Positions 1 to 12,670 of a stretch of DNA of 64,000 nt are shown here, piece after piece. The number at the start of each line of letters is the position of its first letter. The first letter of the stretch is position 1. Below the pieces are notes generated by a model. It was not told the DNA's origin. It saw only the letters and a list, made by a program, of their open reading frames with translations, and did no database searches. The stretch is from Gemmatimonadales bacterium (GTDB lineage: Bacteria > Gemmatimonadota > Gemmatimonadetes > Gemmatimonadales > GWC2-71-9), in NCBI GenBank assembly GCA_041577295.1, contig JBFGJG010000018.1:1-64000 (forward strand), in the 5' to 3' direction. Position numbers and translations under genes: made by a program.

Positions 1-106
1 ACCGCTGAAGATTGGGGTTCCACCGGCGGTTGGTCCGGTTGTTCGCGTGGCTGACGTTGTGTCCAAACGTCGGTCCCTTACCGCAGATGTCACACACACG
101 GGCCAT
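1..106 (-). CDS. rpmB: 50S ribosomal protein L28 (5' part; runs off the window edge)
   Basis: Manual reverse-strand translation from ATG at 106: [35 protein letters not shown], the typical L28 N-terminus with CxxC. Not in the ORF track. Confidence 0.95.
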   Translation of the reverse strand, partial: MARVCDICGKGPTFGHNVSHANNRTNRRWNPNLQR

Positions 107-225
107 GGGGAAGCTTACTCCAGGTCAACGACGGTCGTGAATTTTAACTCGAGGCCCCGGAAATTAGCCATGAACGAGTTGCCGGACAACCCTTTGGCGT
201 CGCAGTCCCCGGGGAGGTCGGGTTA

Positions 226-1191
226 ATGCCGACGGCGCTCATCACCGGGGTCACCGGTCAGGACGGATCGTACCTCGCGGAGTTTCTCCTCGAGAAAGAG
301 TATGAAGTGGTCGGCGTCGTCCGCCGGACCTCGCACGATTCCTACGAACGGATCGGGCACCTTTTGGGCCGGGTGCACATCGTGCCGGCGGATCTTCTGG
401 ATCAGCACTCGCTCACGACCGTCATCCGCGACCACCGGCCGGACGAGATTTACAACTTGGCGGCGCAGAGCTTTGTCCCCACGAGCTGGAGCCAGCCGGT
501 GCTCACCGGGGAGTTCACGGCGCTCGGCGTCACCCGCATCCTCGAGGCAATCCGGCTGGCACATCCCGGGGCCAAATTCTATCAGGCCAGTTCGTCCGAG
601 ATGTTCGGCAAGGCCAAGGAAACGCCACAACGCGAGACCACGCCGTTTCATCCGCGGTCACCGTACGGAGTTGCCAAGGTCTACGGGCATTGGATTACGG
701 TGAACTACCGAGAGTCCTACGACATGTTTTGCGTGAGCGGCATCTTGTTCAATCACGAGTCGCCTCGTCGGGGTCTGGAATTCGTCACGCGGAAGGTTTC
801 CGACGGTGTCGCCCGCATCAAGCTCGGCTTGGCAAACGAGCTCCAGCTCGGGAATCTCGATGCCCGCCGCGACTGGGGTTTTGCGGGCGATTACGTCCGA
901 GCCATGTGGCTCATGCTTCAGCAGGACGAGCCCGACGACTACGTCATCGGCACGGGAGAGACCTACTCGGTCCGCCGTCTGGTCGACATTGCGTTTGAGC
1001 ACGTGGACCTGGACTGGAATCAGTTCGTGAAGGTGGACCCTTCGCTTTTGCGTCCGGCCGAGGTGGAAATCCTCAAGGCAGATGCGAGCAAGGCTCGAGA
1101 ACAGCTGGGATGGCAGCCCACGGTCACCTTCGAGCAGCTGGTGGCCATGATGGTCGACTCCGATCTGCAACGGCTCGCCAACAAGCGGTGA
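226..1191 (+). CDS. gmd: GDP-mannose 4,6-dehydratase
   Basis: [49 protein letters not shown] motifs; GGAGG SD upstream. Confidence 0.97.
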   Translation: MPTALITGVTGQDGSYLAEFLLEKEYEVVGVVRRTSHDSYERIGHLLGRVHIVPADLLDQHSLTTVIRDHRPDEIYNLAAQSFVPTSWSQPVLTGEFTALGVTRILEAIRLAHPGAKFYQASSSEMFGKAKETPQRETTPFHPRSPYGVAKVYGHWITVNYRESYDMFCVSGILFNHESPRRGLEFVTRKVSDGVARIKLGLANELQLGNLDARRDWGFAGDYVRAMWLMLQQDEPDDYVIGTGETYSVRRLVDIAFEHVDLDWNQFVKVDPSLLRPAEVEILKADASKAREQLGWQPTVTFEQLVAMMVDSDLQRLANKR

Positions 1192-2123
1192 AGGTCCTCG
1201 TTACCGGTGCGAATGGGTTTGTGGGCCCATGGCTGGTTCGCAGACTGATGGACGAAGGTCACGAAGTCGTGACCGCCATTGGGCCTGGCGGCAACGCGTC
1301 TTTTCCACCGGGCGCCGTATCACATGTGACTCTCGATTTGAACGAGGCCGCGTCCGTCGCCGCGGCCGTGTCGACGCGTTGCGACGCGGTCGTACATCTG
1401 GCCGCCGTCGCGTCTGGCGGAGCCGCGCTCGAGGATCCTGCCGCTGCCTGGACGATCAATGCGGTTGGCACGGCACGTTTGGCCGAAGCGCTCGGCGCGC
1501 AGCGGATCAACGAGGAGAGTGATCCGTTACTGCTGGTCGTCTCAACCGCGGAAGTCTACGGTGCGGGGCGGTCTCGCCCACGACGCGAGGACGATCCGCC
1601 GAGGCCCTGCTCGCCCTATGCAGCGTCCAAACTGGCGGCGGAGACTGCTGCTCTCGAGGTGCACCGACGCACGGGTCTCCGCGTGATCATTGCGCGTCCT
1701 TTTTCGCACACTGGACGGGGCCAGGACGATCGCTTCGTCGTCCCCGCGTTCGCCCGTCGGATGGTCGAGGCCAAGCGAATCGGGGCGGCCGCGATCAAGG
1801 TGGGGAATCTGGAGCCAGTGCGTGAGCTGCTGTATGTCGGGGACGTCGTACGGGCCTACACCCTATTGCTCTCGCAGGGAGCTTCCGGGGAGATCTACAA
1901 CATCGCCGCGGGTCATGGCATTCCGTTGGGGGAGCTCGTACAGCGTCTCATGGAAATCGTGGGACACCCCGTCGTCACCGAGACCGATGCGCGGTTCCTG
2001 CGTCCTAGCGACATTCCGCACCTGGTAGGCGACGGGAAGAAGCTAAGCCAAGCCACCGGTTGGCGTCCTGAAGCATCGCTGGATGATGTCCTACGTGAGG
2101 TGGTTGATGCCCAAGCGAACTGA
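1188..2123 (+). CDS. rmd: GDP-4-keto-6-deoxy-D-mannose reductase-like SDR (Rmd type)
   Basis: GTG start overlaps the gmd stop (GTGA); [28 protein letters not shown]; directly after gmd. Confidence 0.75.
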   Translation: MKVLVTGANGFVGPWLVRRLMDEGHEVVTAIGPGGNASFPPGAVSHVTLDLNEAASVAAAVSTRCDAVVHLAAVASGGAALEDPAAAWTINAVGTARLAEALGAQRINEESDPLLLVVSTAEVYGAGRSRPRREDDPPRPCSPYAASKLAAETAALEVHRRTGLRVIIARPFSHTGRGQDDRFVVPAFARRMVEAKRIGAAAIKVGNLEPVRELLYVGDVVRAYTLLLSQGASGEIYNIAAGHGIPLGELVQRLMEIVGHPVVTETDARFLRPSDIPHLVGDGKKLSQATGWRPEASLDDVLREVVDAQAN

Positions 2124-5100
2124 TCTCGACACCATCCTGTTGATCGGCTCCGGTCCCATCGTGATCGGCCAGGCGGCGGAATTCGATTATTCCGGAACGC
2201 AGGCGATCAAGGCGCTGAAGGAGGAGGGGTACCACGTCGTCCTCGTCAACTCCAATCCGGCCACGATCATGACCGATCCGGAGCTTGCGGACCGAACCTA
2301 TGTGGAGCCGGTGACGCCTGAGTGGGTTGCACGGGTGATCGAACGCGAGCGGCCGGATGCACTGCTCCCGACGATGGGTGGGCAGACGGCCCTCAACGTG
2401 GCGATGGCGCTCGCCGAGGACGGGACGCTCGAGCGCTTCGGGGTGGAGCTCATCGGCGCGGATCAGCGGGCCATTAAGATGGCGGAAGACCGCAAAGAGT
2501 TTTCCATCGCGATGGAGCGCATCGGTCTCGCTGTGCCGCGGGGGTCCGTGGCGCGCTCGTTCGACGAAGCGCTGGAGATCATCGATTCGGTGGGTTACCC
2601 AGCCATCCTTCGTCCATCGTTTACGCTGGGTGGCACGGGAGGCGGTGTGGCCTACAATCGAGACGAATACGTCGCCCTCATCAAGCGGGCGCTCGACCTG
2701 TCACCGGTTCATACGACTCTGGTGGAGCAATCGGTGCTGGGCTGGAAGGAATTCGAGCTCGAGGTGATGCGAGACGGGCAAGACAATGTGGTGGTGATCT
2801 GTTCGATCGAGAACTTCGATCCGATGGGCGTGCACACTGGCGATTCCATCACGGTGGCGCCGGCGATGACGCTGACCGATCGCGAGTATCAGGAGATGCG
2901 CGACGCCGCCATCGCCATCATTCGGGAGATCGGTGTCGCCGCCGGGGGTTGTAACATCCAGTTTGCCGTCCATCCGGGCACGGGCGAGATGCTGGTGATC
3001 GAGATGAACCCACGGGTCTCGCGCTCGTCGGCGTTGGCATCAAAGGCCACTGGATTTCCTATTGCGCGCATTGGGGCGAAGCTGGCGGTGGGGTTCACCC
3101 TCGATGAGCTGCCGAACGACATCACGAAGTCCACGCCGGCTTCGTTCGAGCCCGTGCTCGACTACGTGGTCGTCAAGTTCCCACGGTTTGCGTTTGAGAA
3201 GTTCCCCACCGCCGATTCTCGCTTGACGACCCAGATGAAATCCGTGGGCGAGTCGATGGCGATCGGCCGCACGTTCAAAGAGGCATTTCAGAAGGGGCTC
3301 CGGGCACTCGAGATCTCCCGCCCTGGCTGGGTGCTCGGCGCCGCACCGTCGGATGACGGGCTGGAGTCGGACGATGCCGAAGCGCTGCGGCTCGCGCTCC
3401 GCGTCCCCACGGCAGAGCGCGTCTTTCAGATCAAGCGCGCGCTGCGTCACGGGTTCTCCGTTGACGAGGTGGCCGAGCTGACGCACATCGACCCGTGGTT
3501 CATTGCCCAGCTGGCGGAGCTCCTCGAAGCCGAAACGACCTTTCAATCGGCAGCCCTCGATGCCGACGCCATCCGATCGATGAAGCGGCTCGGTTTCTCC
3601 GATCGCCAGCTCGGCGAGCTACGCGGGATGAACGAGGCAGACTTTCGCGAGCGCCGTTGGCACGCCGGCGTGCATCCGAGCTACAAGGTTGTCGATACCT
3701 GTGCCGGCGAGTTCCCCGCGCTGACGCCGTACTACTACTCATCGTACGAGGACGAGAACGAATCTGAACCCCTGGGCTCACAGGGGATCGTGATCCTCGG
3801 TAGCGGCCCCAATCGGATCGGGCAGGGCGTGGAGTTTGACTACTGCTGCGTTCGGGCCGGGCTCGCCCTGCGTGAGATCGGCTACAAGACGATCATGATC
3901 AACTGTAATCCGGAGACGGTCTCGACTGACTTCGACATCTCAGACAAGCTGTACTTCGAGCCACTCACGTTGGAAGACGTGCTGGAGATCGTGCGGCTCG
4001 AGGCGCCGAGTGGGGTCGTGGTCCAACTCGGAGGTCAGACGCCACTCAATTTGGCAAAGGGGCTGGAAGCGGCAGGGGTCACGATTCTGGGAACCAGTCC
4101 CGATGCAATCGATGTCGCTGAAGATCGTCGTCGGTTCGAGGCACTGGCGCGTGAGCTGGGGGTGACGCAGCCGGCCAATGGGACTGCGGTCGATGTCGAG
4201 GAAGCCGTCGCCGTGGCCAACCGGATCGGGTATCCCGTCTTGGTCCGGCCCTCCTATGTGCTCGGCGGACGCGCGATGCAGATCGTCTACGACGAGGCAA
4301 CCCTGCGAAAGTACTTCCACACCGCGGTGCGAGCATCACCGCAGCATCCGGTCCTCATCGACAGCTTTCTCGAGGACGCGTTCGAAGCTGACGTCGACGC
4401 GGTGGCGGATGGTCGCCGGTGCGTGATCGGGGGGGTCATGCAGCACATCGAGGATGCCGGCATCCACTCGGGCGACTCGGCATGCGTACTACCGTCCTAC
4501 CTCATCCAGCCCAAAGCGGTGCGGGAGATGCGAGAGCATACCCGTGCCTTTGCGCAGGCGCTTGGAGTCGTGGGGCTGATCAATGTGCAGTACGCAGTGA
4601 AGGAAGATGTGGTGTACGTGCTCGAGGTGAACCCACGCGGCTCTCGCACTGTGCCGTTCGTGAGCAAGGCCACGGGCGTGCCGTTGGCCAAGCTGGCTGC
4701 CGCCGTGATGGTCGGACGGAGCCTCGACGACGCCGGCGTCCCGGACGATATCACCGTGCCGTACGTCGCGGTGAAGGAAGCGGTCTTCCCATTCAGCAAG
4801 CTGCCCAACGTCGACACGCTGCTTGGTCCCGAAATGCGGTCCACCGGTGAGGTCATGGGGATCGCGGAGGACTTTGGGATGGCATTTGCCAAGGCGCAGA
4901 TCGGCGCCGATGGTGCGTTGCCCACCGAAGGAGCCGTACTGGTAACGGTCAACGACAACGACAAACCCACCGTGCGGCCAATCGTGCAGCGCCTTTACGA
5001 GCTGGGCTTCCGCGTTATGGCGACTGCCGGTACGGCCAAGTACTTGGAGGCGACTGGGATTCCCGCCGAGCGCGTGTTGAAGATTCACGAGGGCCGACCC

Positions 5101-5406
5101 AACGCGACCGATCTCATCGTCTCGGGTCGTGTGCAGCTCTTGATCAACACCCCCCTCGGCAAGCTCACGCAGCGTGACGACTACGAGATCCGGCGTGCGG
5201 CGCTGCAGCACGGGCTGCCGTACGCGACGACCATGTCGGCGGCCAAGGCGGCGTGTGATGCCATCGCGTCGCTGCGCCGCCGCCGAAACACTGTGCGGTG
5301 TCTGCAAGAGTGGTACGAATCAACCGGCACGAAAATCGGCGGGTCGTTGTTCCAAGGCTCGGGGGGCCTGTTCACCCCGGCACCCGCCGCGAGCCGGCGC
5401 GCGTGA
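2107..5406 (+). CDS. carB: Carbamoyl-phosphate synthase large subunit
   Basis: [24 protein letters not shown], two ATP-grasp halves, C-terminal MGS domain. Confidence 0.98.
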   Translation: MPKRTDLDTILLIGSGPIVIGQAAEFDYSGTQAIKALKEEGYHVVLVNSNPATIMTDPELADRTYVEPVTPEWVARVIERERPDALLPTMGGQTALNVAMALAEDGTLERFGVELIGADQRAIKMAEDRKEFSIAMERIGLAVPRGSVARSFDEALEIIDSVGYPAILRPSFTLGGTGGGVAYNRDEYVALIKRALDLSPVHTTLVEQSVLGWKEFELEVMRDGQDNVVVICSIENFDPMGVHTGDSITVAPAMTLTDREYQEMRDAAIAIIREIGVAAGGCNIQFAVHPGTGEMLVIEMNPRVSRSSALASKATGFPIARIGAKLAVGFTLDELPNDITKSTPASFEPVLDYVVVKFPRFAFEKFPTADSRLTTQMKSVGESMAIGRTFKEAFQKGLRALEISRPGWVLGAAPSDDGLESDDAEALRLALRVPTAERVFQIKRALRHGFSVDEVAELTHIDPWFIAQLAELLEAETTFQSAALDADAIRSMKRLGFSDRQLGELRGMNEADFRERRWHAGVHPSYKVVDTCAGEFPALTPYYYSSYEDENESEPLGSQGIVILGSGPNRIGQGVEFDYCCVRAGLALREIGYKTIMINCNPETVSTDFDISDKLYFEPLTLEDVLEIVRLEAPSGVVVQLGGQTPLNLAKGLEAAGVTILGTSPDAIDVAEDRRRFEALARELGVTQPANGTAVDVEEAVAVANRIGYPVLVRPSYVLGGRAMQIVYDEATLRKYFHTAVRASPQHPVLIDSFLEDAFEADVDAVADGRRCVIGGVMQHIEDAGIHSGDSACVLPSYLIQPKAVREMREHTRAFAQALGVVGLINVQYAVKEDVVYVLEVNPRGSRTVPFVSKATGVPLAKLAAAVMVGRSLDDAGVPDDITVPYVAVKEAVFPFSKLPNVDTLLGPEMRSTGEVMGIAEDFGMAFAKAQIGADGALPTEGAVLVTVNDNDKPTVRPIVQRLYELGFRVMATAGTAKYLEATGIPAERVLKIHEGRPNATDLIVSGRVQLLINTPLGKLTQRDDYEIRRAALQHGLPYATTMSAAKAACDAIASLRRRRNTVRCLQEWYESTGTKIGGSLFQGSGGLFTPAPAASRRA

Positions 5407-6347
5407 GAACATCGATTCGTGACGAGCTCGCAGCGCACGTCACCGGCGATATCACGTACGATACGCCACTCGCCAAACTCACGACCTATCGCATCGGCGG
5501 TCCGGCGACGGCGGTGGTCCGCCCGAGTTCGGTCGAAGACGTCGTCCGTGTTCGTCAGTTCACCAACGAGACCAACACGCCACTGCTCGTACTGGGGCTG
5601 GGCTCCAACGTGCTCATCGCCGACCGCGGGTTCGATGGACTTGTGTTGCGCGTCGGAAAGGGTCTCGACCACGTCAGCCCACAACGAGACGCGGAAGGCG
5701 TATGGAGTATCGGGGCTGGATTGCCCACCCCATTGCTTGCGCGCCGCACGGCCAAGGCCGGGCTGGCGGGCGTGCACCGGCTGGTGGGTGTGCCGGGTAC
5801 CGTTGGTGGTGGCGTGTTCATGAATGCGGGTGCGCATGGGCAGGATTTCAGCCAGGTCGTGCGCGACGTCGAGGTTGTCGACCACAACGCCGAGGTGCGA
5901 ACGGTCGCCGGTCGCGACATCCCTTGGGAGTACCGCCGCAGTGGCTTGGACGGGAGCATCGTGGTCGCCACCACGATCGCGCTCGAGCCGGCGAATCCGG
6001 TGCAGCTCGGGCGTGAAATCCAGCAACACTTTCGATGGCGTAAAGCGGGTACGCCGTTCGATGAACCGTGCTGCGGTTCGGTCTTTCGAAATCCGCCGGT
6101 TACGGATCGGGCGGATGGGCCCCGAACGGCCGGCCAACTGATCGATGCGTGTGGCTTGAAGGGCTTTCGGATCGGCGGGGCGGAAATCTCGCCCAAACAT
6201 GCGAATTACATCGTGAACGTCGGTGATGCACGGGCGGCTGATGTGCTTGCCGTCATCGACACCGTTCGGAACCGCGTGCTCAAGGAGTTTGGGGTCGAGC
6301 TGCAGCTCGAGGTGCAGATCATCAATGCAGTGAGCAGTAAGGAGTGA
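5403..6347 (+). CDS. murB: UDP-N-acetylmuramate dehydrogenase
   Basis: [48 protein letters not shown] overlaps the carB stop. Confidence 0.96.
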   Translation: MRTSIRDELAAHVTGDITYDTPLAKLTTYRIGGPATAVVRPSSVEDVVRVRQFTNETNTPLLVLGLGSNVLIADRGFDGLVLRVGKGLDHVSPQRDAEGVWSIGAGLPTPLLARRTAKAGLAGVHRLVGVPGTVGGGVFMNAGAHGQDFSQVVRDVEVVDHNAEVRTVAGRDIPWEYRRSGLDGSIVVATTIALEPANPVQLGREIQQHFRWRKAGTPFDEPCCGSVFRNPPVTDRADGPRTAGQLIDACGLKGFRIGGAEISPKHANYIVNVGDARAADVLAVIDTVRNRVLKEFGVELQLEVQIINAVSSKE

Positions 6348-6358
6348 GCGGGGAGGAA

Positions 6359-6940
6359 ATGACCGACTACTTCGTGCACGAGAGCTCGTATGTCGACAAA
6401 GGCGCCAAGATCGGGACGGGCACCAAGATTTGGCATTTTTGCCATATCATGCGTGCCGCCGAGATCGGCGTGGAGTGTAATCTCGGGCAGAATGTCGTGG
6501 TCATGAGCGGAGCCAAGATCGGTAACCGCGTGAAGATTCAGAACAACGTCTCAATCTACGATGGCGTGATCTTGGAAGACGACGTCTTCTGCGGTCCCTC
6601 ATGTGTCTTCACCAATGTGACGACCCCTCGGTCTCACGTTTCCCGCAAGAATGAGTATCGCCCAACGCTCGTGCGCCATGGAGCCACGATCGGTGCCAAC
6701 GCCACGATCGTCGCCGGCGTCACCCTTGGCGAGTACGCCTTTATCGGTGCCGGTGCTGTTGTCACCTCGGATGTGGCCCCGTTTGCCCTGATGTTGGGGG
6801 TTCCGGCGCGGCGCGTCGGGTGGATGTGTACATGCGGCGAGCGGGTTCACCCCACGCGCGGAGCGGCTACCTGCGAACGGTGCGGAACCCGCTATCGTGA
6901 GGACGACGGTCAGCTGATTCGATTGACCAAGCAGCCTTAA
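6359..6940 (+). CDS. wbpD: Hexapeptide-repeat N-acetyltransferase, WbpD/WlbB-like
   Basis: VHESSYVD..IGTGTKIWHFCHI, KIQNNVSIY, FCGPSCVFTN, C-terminal Cys ribbon; GGAGG SD before ATG 6359. Confidence 0.85.
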   Translation: MTDYFVHESSYVDKGAKIGTGTKIWHFCHIMRAAEIGVECNLGQNVVVMSGAKIGNRVKIQNNVSIYDGVILEDDVFCGPSCVFTNVTTPRSHVSRKNEYRPTLVRHGATIGANATIVAGVTLGEYAFIGAGAVVTSDVAPFALMLGVPARRVGWMCTCGERVHPTRGAATCERCGTRYREDDGQLIRLTKQP

Positions 6941-6975
6941 TTAGCTAAGTTTATGTCTTTTATGCACTTGGATTC

Positions 6976-8094
6976 ATGATGAACGTTCCGCTTCTCGATC
7001 TGCGCGCGCAATTCGCCACCATCCGCGAGGCCGTCATGGCCGCGGTGGCCGAGGTCGCAGAATCGCAGCATTTCATCATGGGAGATGCAGTGCGTCAGCT
7101 GGAGCAACAGGTAGCGGAGCTCAGCGAAACGCGCTGTGGGGTGGCGTGTGCCAGTGGGACCGATGCCTTGCTCCTGTCACTCAAGACATTGTGCCTGAGC
7201 CCAGGTGACGAGGTGATTACGTCGCCGTTTACATTCTTTGCCACGGCGGGTGCCATCGCGAATGCGGGTGGCCGTCCAGTGTTCGTCGACATCGATCCAG
7301 AGACCTTCAACCTGGACCTCGCACAGGTTGAGGCCGCCATTACCGATCGGACGCGAGCGGTGGTTCCGGTGCACCTGTACGGCCAGATGGTTCCCATGGA
7401 GCATCTGCTCTCGTTGGCCGAGGAGCGGGGTCTCGTGATTATTGAAGACGCGGCGCAGGCGATCGGGGCGAGGCGCCGGATGGAAGGAACGTGGCGTCGG
7501 GCCGGCGGGTTGGGTCTCACGGGCACGTTCTCGTTCTTCCCAAGCAAGAACCTCGGCGGTTGGGGGGATGGCGGAATGATCGTGACGCAGGACGAGAACC
7601 TGGCGGACCGGCTCCGGAGGCTGCGAACGCACGGAGGAGCGAAACAGTACCATCACGATGAGATCGGCACGAATAGCAGGCTCGACACCATTCAGGCAGC
7701 CGTCCTCCTGGTGAAACTCCGGTACTTGGCGAACTGGTCGACGGCTCGCCGGGCGCACGCCAGGGCTTACACGGATGCGTTCAGCAACGTGGCGGGTATC
7801 GATCCACCGACGGTCGATACGGCAAACGAACACATCTTTCATCAGTACACGATCCGCGCCGAGCGGCGCGACGCTCTCAAGGAGCACCTCCAGGGCCGGG
7901 GCATCGGGTGCGCGGTGTACTATCCCGTGCCCCTGCATCTACAGCCTTGCTTTGCACCCCTGGGGTACAAGGGCGGTCAGTTTCCCATCGCTGAGCAAGC
8001 CGCTCATGAGGTGTTATCCCTTCCGGTCTTTCCGGAGCTCACCGACGCACAACGAGGGGCGGTGATCGACGCCGTCAGGGGGTTCTACCGGTGA
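6976..8094 (+). CDS. wbpE: DegT/DnrJ/EryC1/StrS aminotransferase, WbpE-like
   Basis: CASGTDAL, PVHLYGQ, IEDAAQAIG, SFFPSKNLG (PLP lysine), NSRLDTIQAA. Confidence 0.85.
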   Translation: MMNVPLLDLRAQFATIREAVMAAVAEVAESQHFIMGDAVRQLEQQVAELSETRCGVACASGTDALLLSLKTLCLSPGDEVITSPFTFFATAGAIANAGGRPVFVDIDPETFNLDLAQVEAAITDRTRAVVPVHLYGQMVPMEHLLSLAEERGLVIIEDAAQAIGARRRMEGTWRRAGGLGLTGTFSFFPSKNLGGWGDGGMIVTQDENLADRLRRLRTHGGAKQYHHDEIGTNSRLDTIQAAVLLVKLRYLANWSTARRAHARAYTDAFSNVAGIDPPTVDTANEHIFHQYTIRAERRDALKEHLQGRGIGCAVYYPVPLHLQPCFAPLGYKGGQFPIAEQAAHEVLSLPVFPELTDAQRGAVIDAVRGFYR

Positions 8095-9113
8095 GCCGCC
8101 TCAAAGTGGCGGTATTGGGAGCGGGGACGTGGGGTCGGAACCACGTTCGCACGTTGGCGACGCTTGCGGAGGCGGAGTTGACCGCGGTGTGCGACGTCCG
8201 CTCGGAGCGCCGCGAGGCCGTGCGTCGCCAATATCCGGGGGTGCGGGTAACAGAGCGATTCGACGAGGCCGTGGCTGATGCCGACGCGGTCGTCGTCGCG
8301 ACCCCGGCCGGCACCCATGCGGAGCTGGCGCAACGGGTCATCGAGCGTGACCTGCCCGTCCTGGTGGAAAAGCCGTTCGCTCTCTCGGTCGCGGAAGCGG
8401 AGGCGGTGGCGGAGCTCGCCGAGCGGCGGAGCGTACCAATACTGGTCGGTCACCTGTTACTGTTCCACCCGGCTGTGGAGCGGCTCAGGGAGATGGTCGA
8501 GGCGGGGGATCTGGGTGAGGTCCATTACCTCTACAGCCAGCGTGTGAACCTCGGACAGGTTCGCCCAGACGAGAACGCGCTGTGGAGCTTCGGTCCGCAC
8601 GACGTCTCGGTAGCCTTGTTTCTCCTGAACGAGGCACCTGTCCGGGTCACAGCCCAGGGACGCAGCTATCTCCAACCCGGAATCGAGGACGTCGTGTTCA
8701 TGACTATGGATTTCGAAGGCGGACAAATGGCGCATGTCCAGATGTCGTGGCTCGATCCGCACAAGGAGCGGAGGCTCACCGTGGTCGGGTCTCACCGCAT
8801 GGTGGTCTTCGATGACATGCAGGTCCGTGAGAAGCTGAAGATCTACGACAAGGGTATTCAGCGTCCCCCGGAGTACGCCTCCTATGGCGAGAGCCTGGCC
8901 ATTCGCGAAGGAGACATATCGATCCCGCGCGTGGCGCCCGTCGAGCCCCTCAGTGTCGAGTTGCGGCACTTCATCGACGTGGCCCGCGGCAGCGAAACGC
9001 CGCGTTCCGACGGAGCGGATGGTGTGCGGGTGGTGCGGGTGCTCGAAGCCGCGACGCGATCCCTTGCCGAAGGCGGAGCCCCGATCACCTGCGTGAGTGG
9101 GCACGCAGCATGA
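8091..9113 (+). CDS. Gfo/Idh/MocA oxidoreductase, probable WbpB-like sugar 3-dehydrogenase
   Basis: GAGTWG Rossmann motif, VEKP motif, PHD; located between wbpE-like and wbpA-like genes. Confidence 0.8.
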   Translation: MSRLKVAVLGAGTWGRNHVRTLATLAEAELTAVCDVRSERREAVRRQYPGVRVTERFDEAVADADAVVVATPAGTHAELAQRVIERDLPVLVEKPFALSVAEAEAVAELAERRSVPILVGHLLLFHPAVERLREMVEAGDLGEVHYLYSQRVNLGQVRPDENALWSFGPHDVSVALFLLNEAPVRVTAQGRSYLQPGIEDVVFMTMDFEGGQMAHVQMSWLDPHKERRLTVVGSHRMVVFDDMQVREKLKIYDKGIQRPPEYASYGESLAIREGDISIPRVAPVEPLSVELRHFIDVARGSETPRSDGADGVRVVRVLEAATRSLAEGGAPITCVSGHAA

Positions 9114-10414
9114 CGGCACCGCGCTCGGCGGAGGAGACGCTCGTCGCGAAGGCTCGCAGTCGTGAAGCGGTCTTTGGAATCGTGGGATTGGGATACGTTG
9201 GGCTCCCCCTGGCGGTGGAGGTGGCGGCCTCGGGCTACAAGGTCGTCGGGTTCGATCTCAAGCCCGACGTTGCGAAGGGTGTGAATGAAGGGGTGTCCCA
9301 CGTGCGGGACGTGCCATCCGAGCAACTGGTCCACTTGGTCCGTGACGGCAGTATTGAAGCAACGACCGAGATGAACCGGTTGCGAGACATGGATGTCATC
9401 TGTATCTGCGTCCCCACCCCCCTGTCAAAGACCAAGGATCCAGATGTCTCCTACGTTCTCGCAGCGGCAAAGGCGGTGGCGGAGCGCATTCACGCCGGGC
9501 AGCTAGTGATTCTCGAGAGCACCTCCTATCCGGGCACGACACGCGAGTTGCTGCTCCCCCGGCTCGAGGCGACGGGTGTGCGTGTCGGCACCGACATCTT
9601 TCTCGCCTTCAGTCCAGAGCGTGTGGATCCTGGCAACGAGCAGTGGAAGACGCGCAACACGCCCAAGGTGTATGGTGGTGTTACGGAGAGTTGCCGGCGC
9701 GTCGTAACCGCGCTGTATGAACCGGTCTTCGATACATTGGTTCCCGTCTCGTCGCCGGAAGCGGCAGAGCTCGCCAAGCTGCTCGAGAACACCTTCCGGA
9801 GTATCAACATTGGATTGGTCAACGAAATGGCGATCGTCTGCGACAAGCTGGGGGTGGATGTGTGGGAAGTTATCGAGGCGGCGGGAACGAAGCCCTTCGG
9901 ATTCATGAAGTTCACGCCGGGGCCTGGGTTGGGAGGGCACTGCATCCCCATCGATCCGCACTACCTCGCGTGGAAGATGCGCGGCCTCAACTACAAGACG
10001 CGCTTCATTGAGGTCGCCGAGGAAGTCAACGCCGAGATGCCCGCGTTTTGGGTACGAAAGGTCATTGAGCAGTTGAACGAAGATGCCCGCTCAGTGCGGG
10101 GCTCACGGGTATTGGCCATTGGGGTTGCCTACAAGAAGAACATCGAGGATGTGCGCGAGAGTCCGGCCCTCGACATGATCCGCCTGTTGCTGTTACAAGG
10201 TGCCGACGTGCGATATCACGACCCTTACGTTCCCAGAGTCTCGGAGGAGAATCTGGAGCTGTGCTCGGTACCACTGACGGCCGAGGAGATCAGCGCCGCG
10301 CATTGCGTCGTGCTCGCAACGGATCACTCGGATCTCGACTACGATCTCATCCGCACGCACGCACGCCGTGTCGTTGACACACGGAACGCCTTGCGCAACT
10401 CGAGGTCACGATGA
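9110..10414 (+). CDS. wbpA: UDP-N-acetyl-D-glucosamine 6-dehydrogenase, WbpA/WecC family
   Basis: GLGYVGLPLA, ICVPTP, LESTSYPGTT, FSPERVDPGN, GGHCIPIDP. Confidence 0.88.
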   Translation: MTAPRSAEETLVAKARSREAVFGIVGLGYVGLPLAVEVAASGYKVVGFDLKPDVAKGVNEGVSHVRDVPSEQLVHLVRDGSIEATTEMNRLRDMDVICICVPTPLSKTKDPDVSYVLAAAKAVAERIHAGQLVILESTSYPGTTRELLLPRLEATGVRVGTDIFLAFSPERVDPGNEQWKTRNTPKVYGGVTESCRRVVTALYEPVFDTLVPVSSPEAAELAKLLENTFRSINIGLVNEMAIVCDKLGVDVWEVIEAAGTKPFGFMKFTPGPGLGGHCIPIDPHYLAWKMRGLNYKTRFIEVAEEVNAEMPAFWVRKVIEQLNEDARSVRGSRVLAIGVAYKKNIEDVRESPALDMIRLLLLQGADVRYHDPYVPRVSEENLELCSVPLTAEEISAAHCVVLATDHSDLDYDLIRTHARRVVDTRNALRNSRSR

Positions 10415-11718
10415 AAGTCACCATAATCGGATCGGGGTATGTCGGACTGGTCGTTGGCGCCTGCCTTGCAGAGACGGGTAATGATGTGCTCTGTGCCGAC
10501 GTCGATGAAAAGAAGATCACCCGACTGCAGCGCAACGAAATCCCCATCTACGAGCCCGGTCTCGAGCCCCTCGTGGTGAGCAACGCCGCGGAGGGGCGAC
10601 TCCGGTTCACCGCCGACGTCGGTGCGGCGGTCGAGGCATCCGATGTCATCTTCATCGCGGTGGGGACGCCGTCCGGCGAAGATGGCTCGGCCGATCTCAA
10701 GCACGTGCTGGACGTCGCAGGAACGATTGCGGACCACATGAATGGGCCAAAGGTCGTCATCACCAAGAGTACGGTACCCGTTGGGACAGCGGGGAAGGTT
10801 CGGGAGGTCATTGCCTCGCGGACCAAGGAGCAGTTCTATGTGGGGTCGAACCCCGAGTTTTTGAAGGAAGGATCCGCGGTCGATGACTTCATGAAGCCGG
10901 ACCGGGTGATCGTCGGAGTCGACTCCCAAGAGGCCGAACAAGCCCTGCGCGAGCTGTACGAGCCGTTTGTCCGCACTGGCAAGCCAATCCTGGTGATGGA
11001 CATTCCCTCCGCAGAGTTGACCAAATACGCAGCGAACTCCATGCTCGCGACTCGCATCACGTTCATGAATCAAATGGCGGAGCTGTGCGAGCGGGTGGGC
11101 GCCGACATCACTTCGGTACGTCGCGGCATTGGAAGTGACTCGCGGATCGGACCTGCCTTCTTGTTCCCGGGCCCGGGGTTTGGTGGATCGTGCTTCCCGA
11201 AGGACCTCCGTGCGTTGTTACGGACCGGGGACGAGCACGACGTCTCCTTGTCCATCATCAAAGAAGTGAACGCGTTCAACCAGCTGCAAAAGCAAAAGCT
11301 CATGCGCATGCTGCAAACCGTTCTCGATGGACACCTCTCTGGCAGCTCCGTCGCGGTCTGGGGATTGGCATTCAAGGCACGGACGGACGACATGCGGGAA
11401 AGTCCGGCCCTCGACTTCATCGAGGCGGCCCTCACCTCGAACATGCGCGTGCGGGCATATGACCCCGAAGCCATCGAGACCGCCCGCTGTCTCCTCGGGA
11501 GCAGGATCGAGTATGCGGAGCATGCCTACGACGCCCTCAGCGGCGCTGACGCGCTAGTCATCGCGACGGAGTGGCTCGAGTTTCGCAATCCGGATTTCAA
11601 GAGAATCAAATCACTCCTCAAGCGACCCATCATCGTGGACGGTCGCAACCTGTACGATCCTGACAAGCTCGCTAAACTGGGCTTTCGGTACATCAGTATC
11701 GGAAGGAGAACTGTCTGA
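10411..11718 (+). CDS. ugd: UDP-glucose 6-dehydrogenase
   Basis: [40 protein letters not shown]. Confidence 0.95.
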   Translation: MKVTIIGSGYVGLVVGACLAETGNDVLCADVDEKKITRLQRNEIPIYEPGLEPLVVSNAAEGRLRFTADVGAAVEASDVIFIAVGTPSGEDGSADLKHVLDVAGTIADHMNGPKVVITKSTVPVGTAGKVREVIASRTKEQFYVGSNPEFLKEGSAVDDFMKPDRVIVGVDSQEAEQALRELYEPFVRTGKPILVMDIPSAELTKYAANSMLATRITFMNQMAELCERVGADITSVRRGIGSDSRIGPAFLFPGPGFGGSCFPKDLRALLRTGDEHDVSLSIIKEVNAFNQLQKQKLMRMLQTVLDGHLSGSSVAVWGLAFKARTDDMRESPALDFIEAALTSNMRVRAYDPEAIETARCLLGSRIEYAEHAYDALSGADALVIATEWLEFRNPDFKRIKSLLKRPIIVDGRNLYDPDKLAKLGFRYISIGRRTV

Positions 11719-12653
11719 TGCGCGCACTTGTGACGGGCTGCGGCGGGTTTCTCGGGTCGCACCTCACGGACCGCTTGATCCAAGATGGTCATGAGGTCAT
11801 CGGCATGGACAACTTCCTGACCGGCACGCCGGCGAACCTCACGCATCTCGAGCACGATCCCACGTTCACGCTCGTGAGACACGACGTGACCAAGTTCATC
11901 GAGGTCGAGGGTCCACTGGATGCTGTCTTCCACTTTGCCTCGCCCGCCAGCCCCATCGATTACTTGAAGCTACCGATTCAGACTCTCAAGGTGGGATCCC
12001 TCGGCACGCACAACTCACTCGGCCTCGCGAAGGCGAAGCAGGCGCGATTTCTCCTGGCGAGTACGTCGGAGGTGTACGGCGACCCTCAGGTGCACCCCCA
12101 ACCGGAAACCTACTGGGGGCACGTGAGTCCGGTCGGCCCCCGCGGCGTGTATGACGAGGCCAAACGGTTCGCCGAAGCCATGACCATGGCGTACCACCGC
12201 TATCACGGAGTCGATACCCGGATCGTCCGCATCTTCAACACCTTTGGACCGCGTATGCGACGAAGTGACGGTCGCGTGGTGTCCAACTTCATCGTCCAGG
12301 CGCTCGAGGGTCGGCCGCTCACCGTGTACGGGACAGGACAGCAAACCCGCTCGTTTTGCTATGTCGACGATTTGATCGAGGGCATCATTCGCCTGTTCGA
12401 CCGCGGCGGCGCCGACCCTGTCAACGTGGGCAACCCACAAGAGTTCACCGTCTCGGAGCTCGCACAGATTGTGCTCCGCCTGACTGGATCCTCCTCGACG
12501 GTCGTTCACGAGCCGCTCCCTACCGACGACCCGAAGCAGCGGCGGCCGGACATCCGGTTGGCCAAAAAGCTCCTGGGGTGGGAGCCTCGCGTGCCGTTGG
12601 AAGATGGATTGCGACGTACCGTCGAGTACTTCAGTACCTTGGTGGCCGCCTAA
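11718..12653 (+). CDS. uxs: UDP-glucuronate decarboxylase (UDP-xylose synthase)
   Basis: [48 protein letters not shown]. Confidence 0.9.
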   Translation: MRALVTGCGGFLGSHLTDRLIQDGHEVIGMDNFLTGTPANLTHLEHDPTFTLVRHDVTKFIEVEGPLDAVFHFASPASPIDYLKLPIQTLKVGSLGTHNSLGLAKAKQARFLLASTSEVYGDPQVHPQPETYWGHVSPVGPRGVYDEAKRFAEAMTMAYHRYHGVDTRIVRIFNTFGPRMRRSDGRVVSNFIVQALEGRPLTVYGTGQQTRSFCYVDDLIEGIIRLFDRGGADPVNVGNPQEFTVSELAQIVLRLTGSSSTVVHEPLPTDDPKQRRPDIRLAKKLLGWEPRVPLEDGLRRTVEYFSTLVAA

Positions 12654-12670
12654 GAGCGGGGGAGCGAAAC

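Noticed and set aside
2107..5406. carB without adjacent carA as a novelty
   Set aside because: Split carA/carB loci are common in bacteria.
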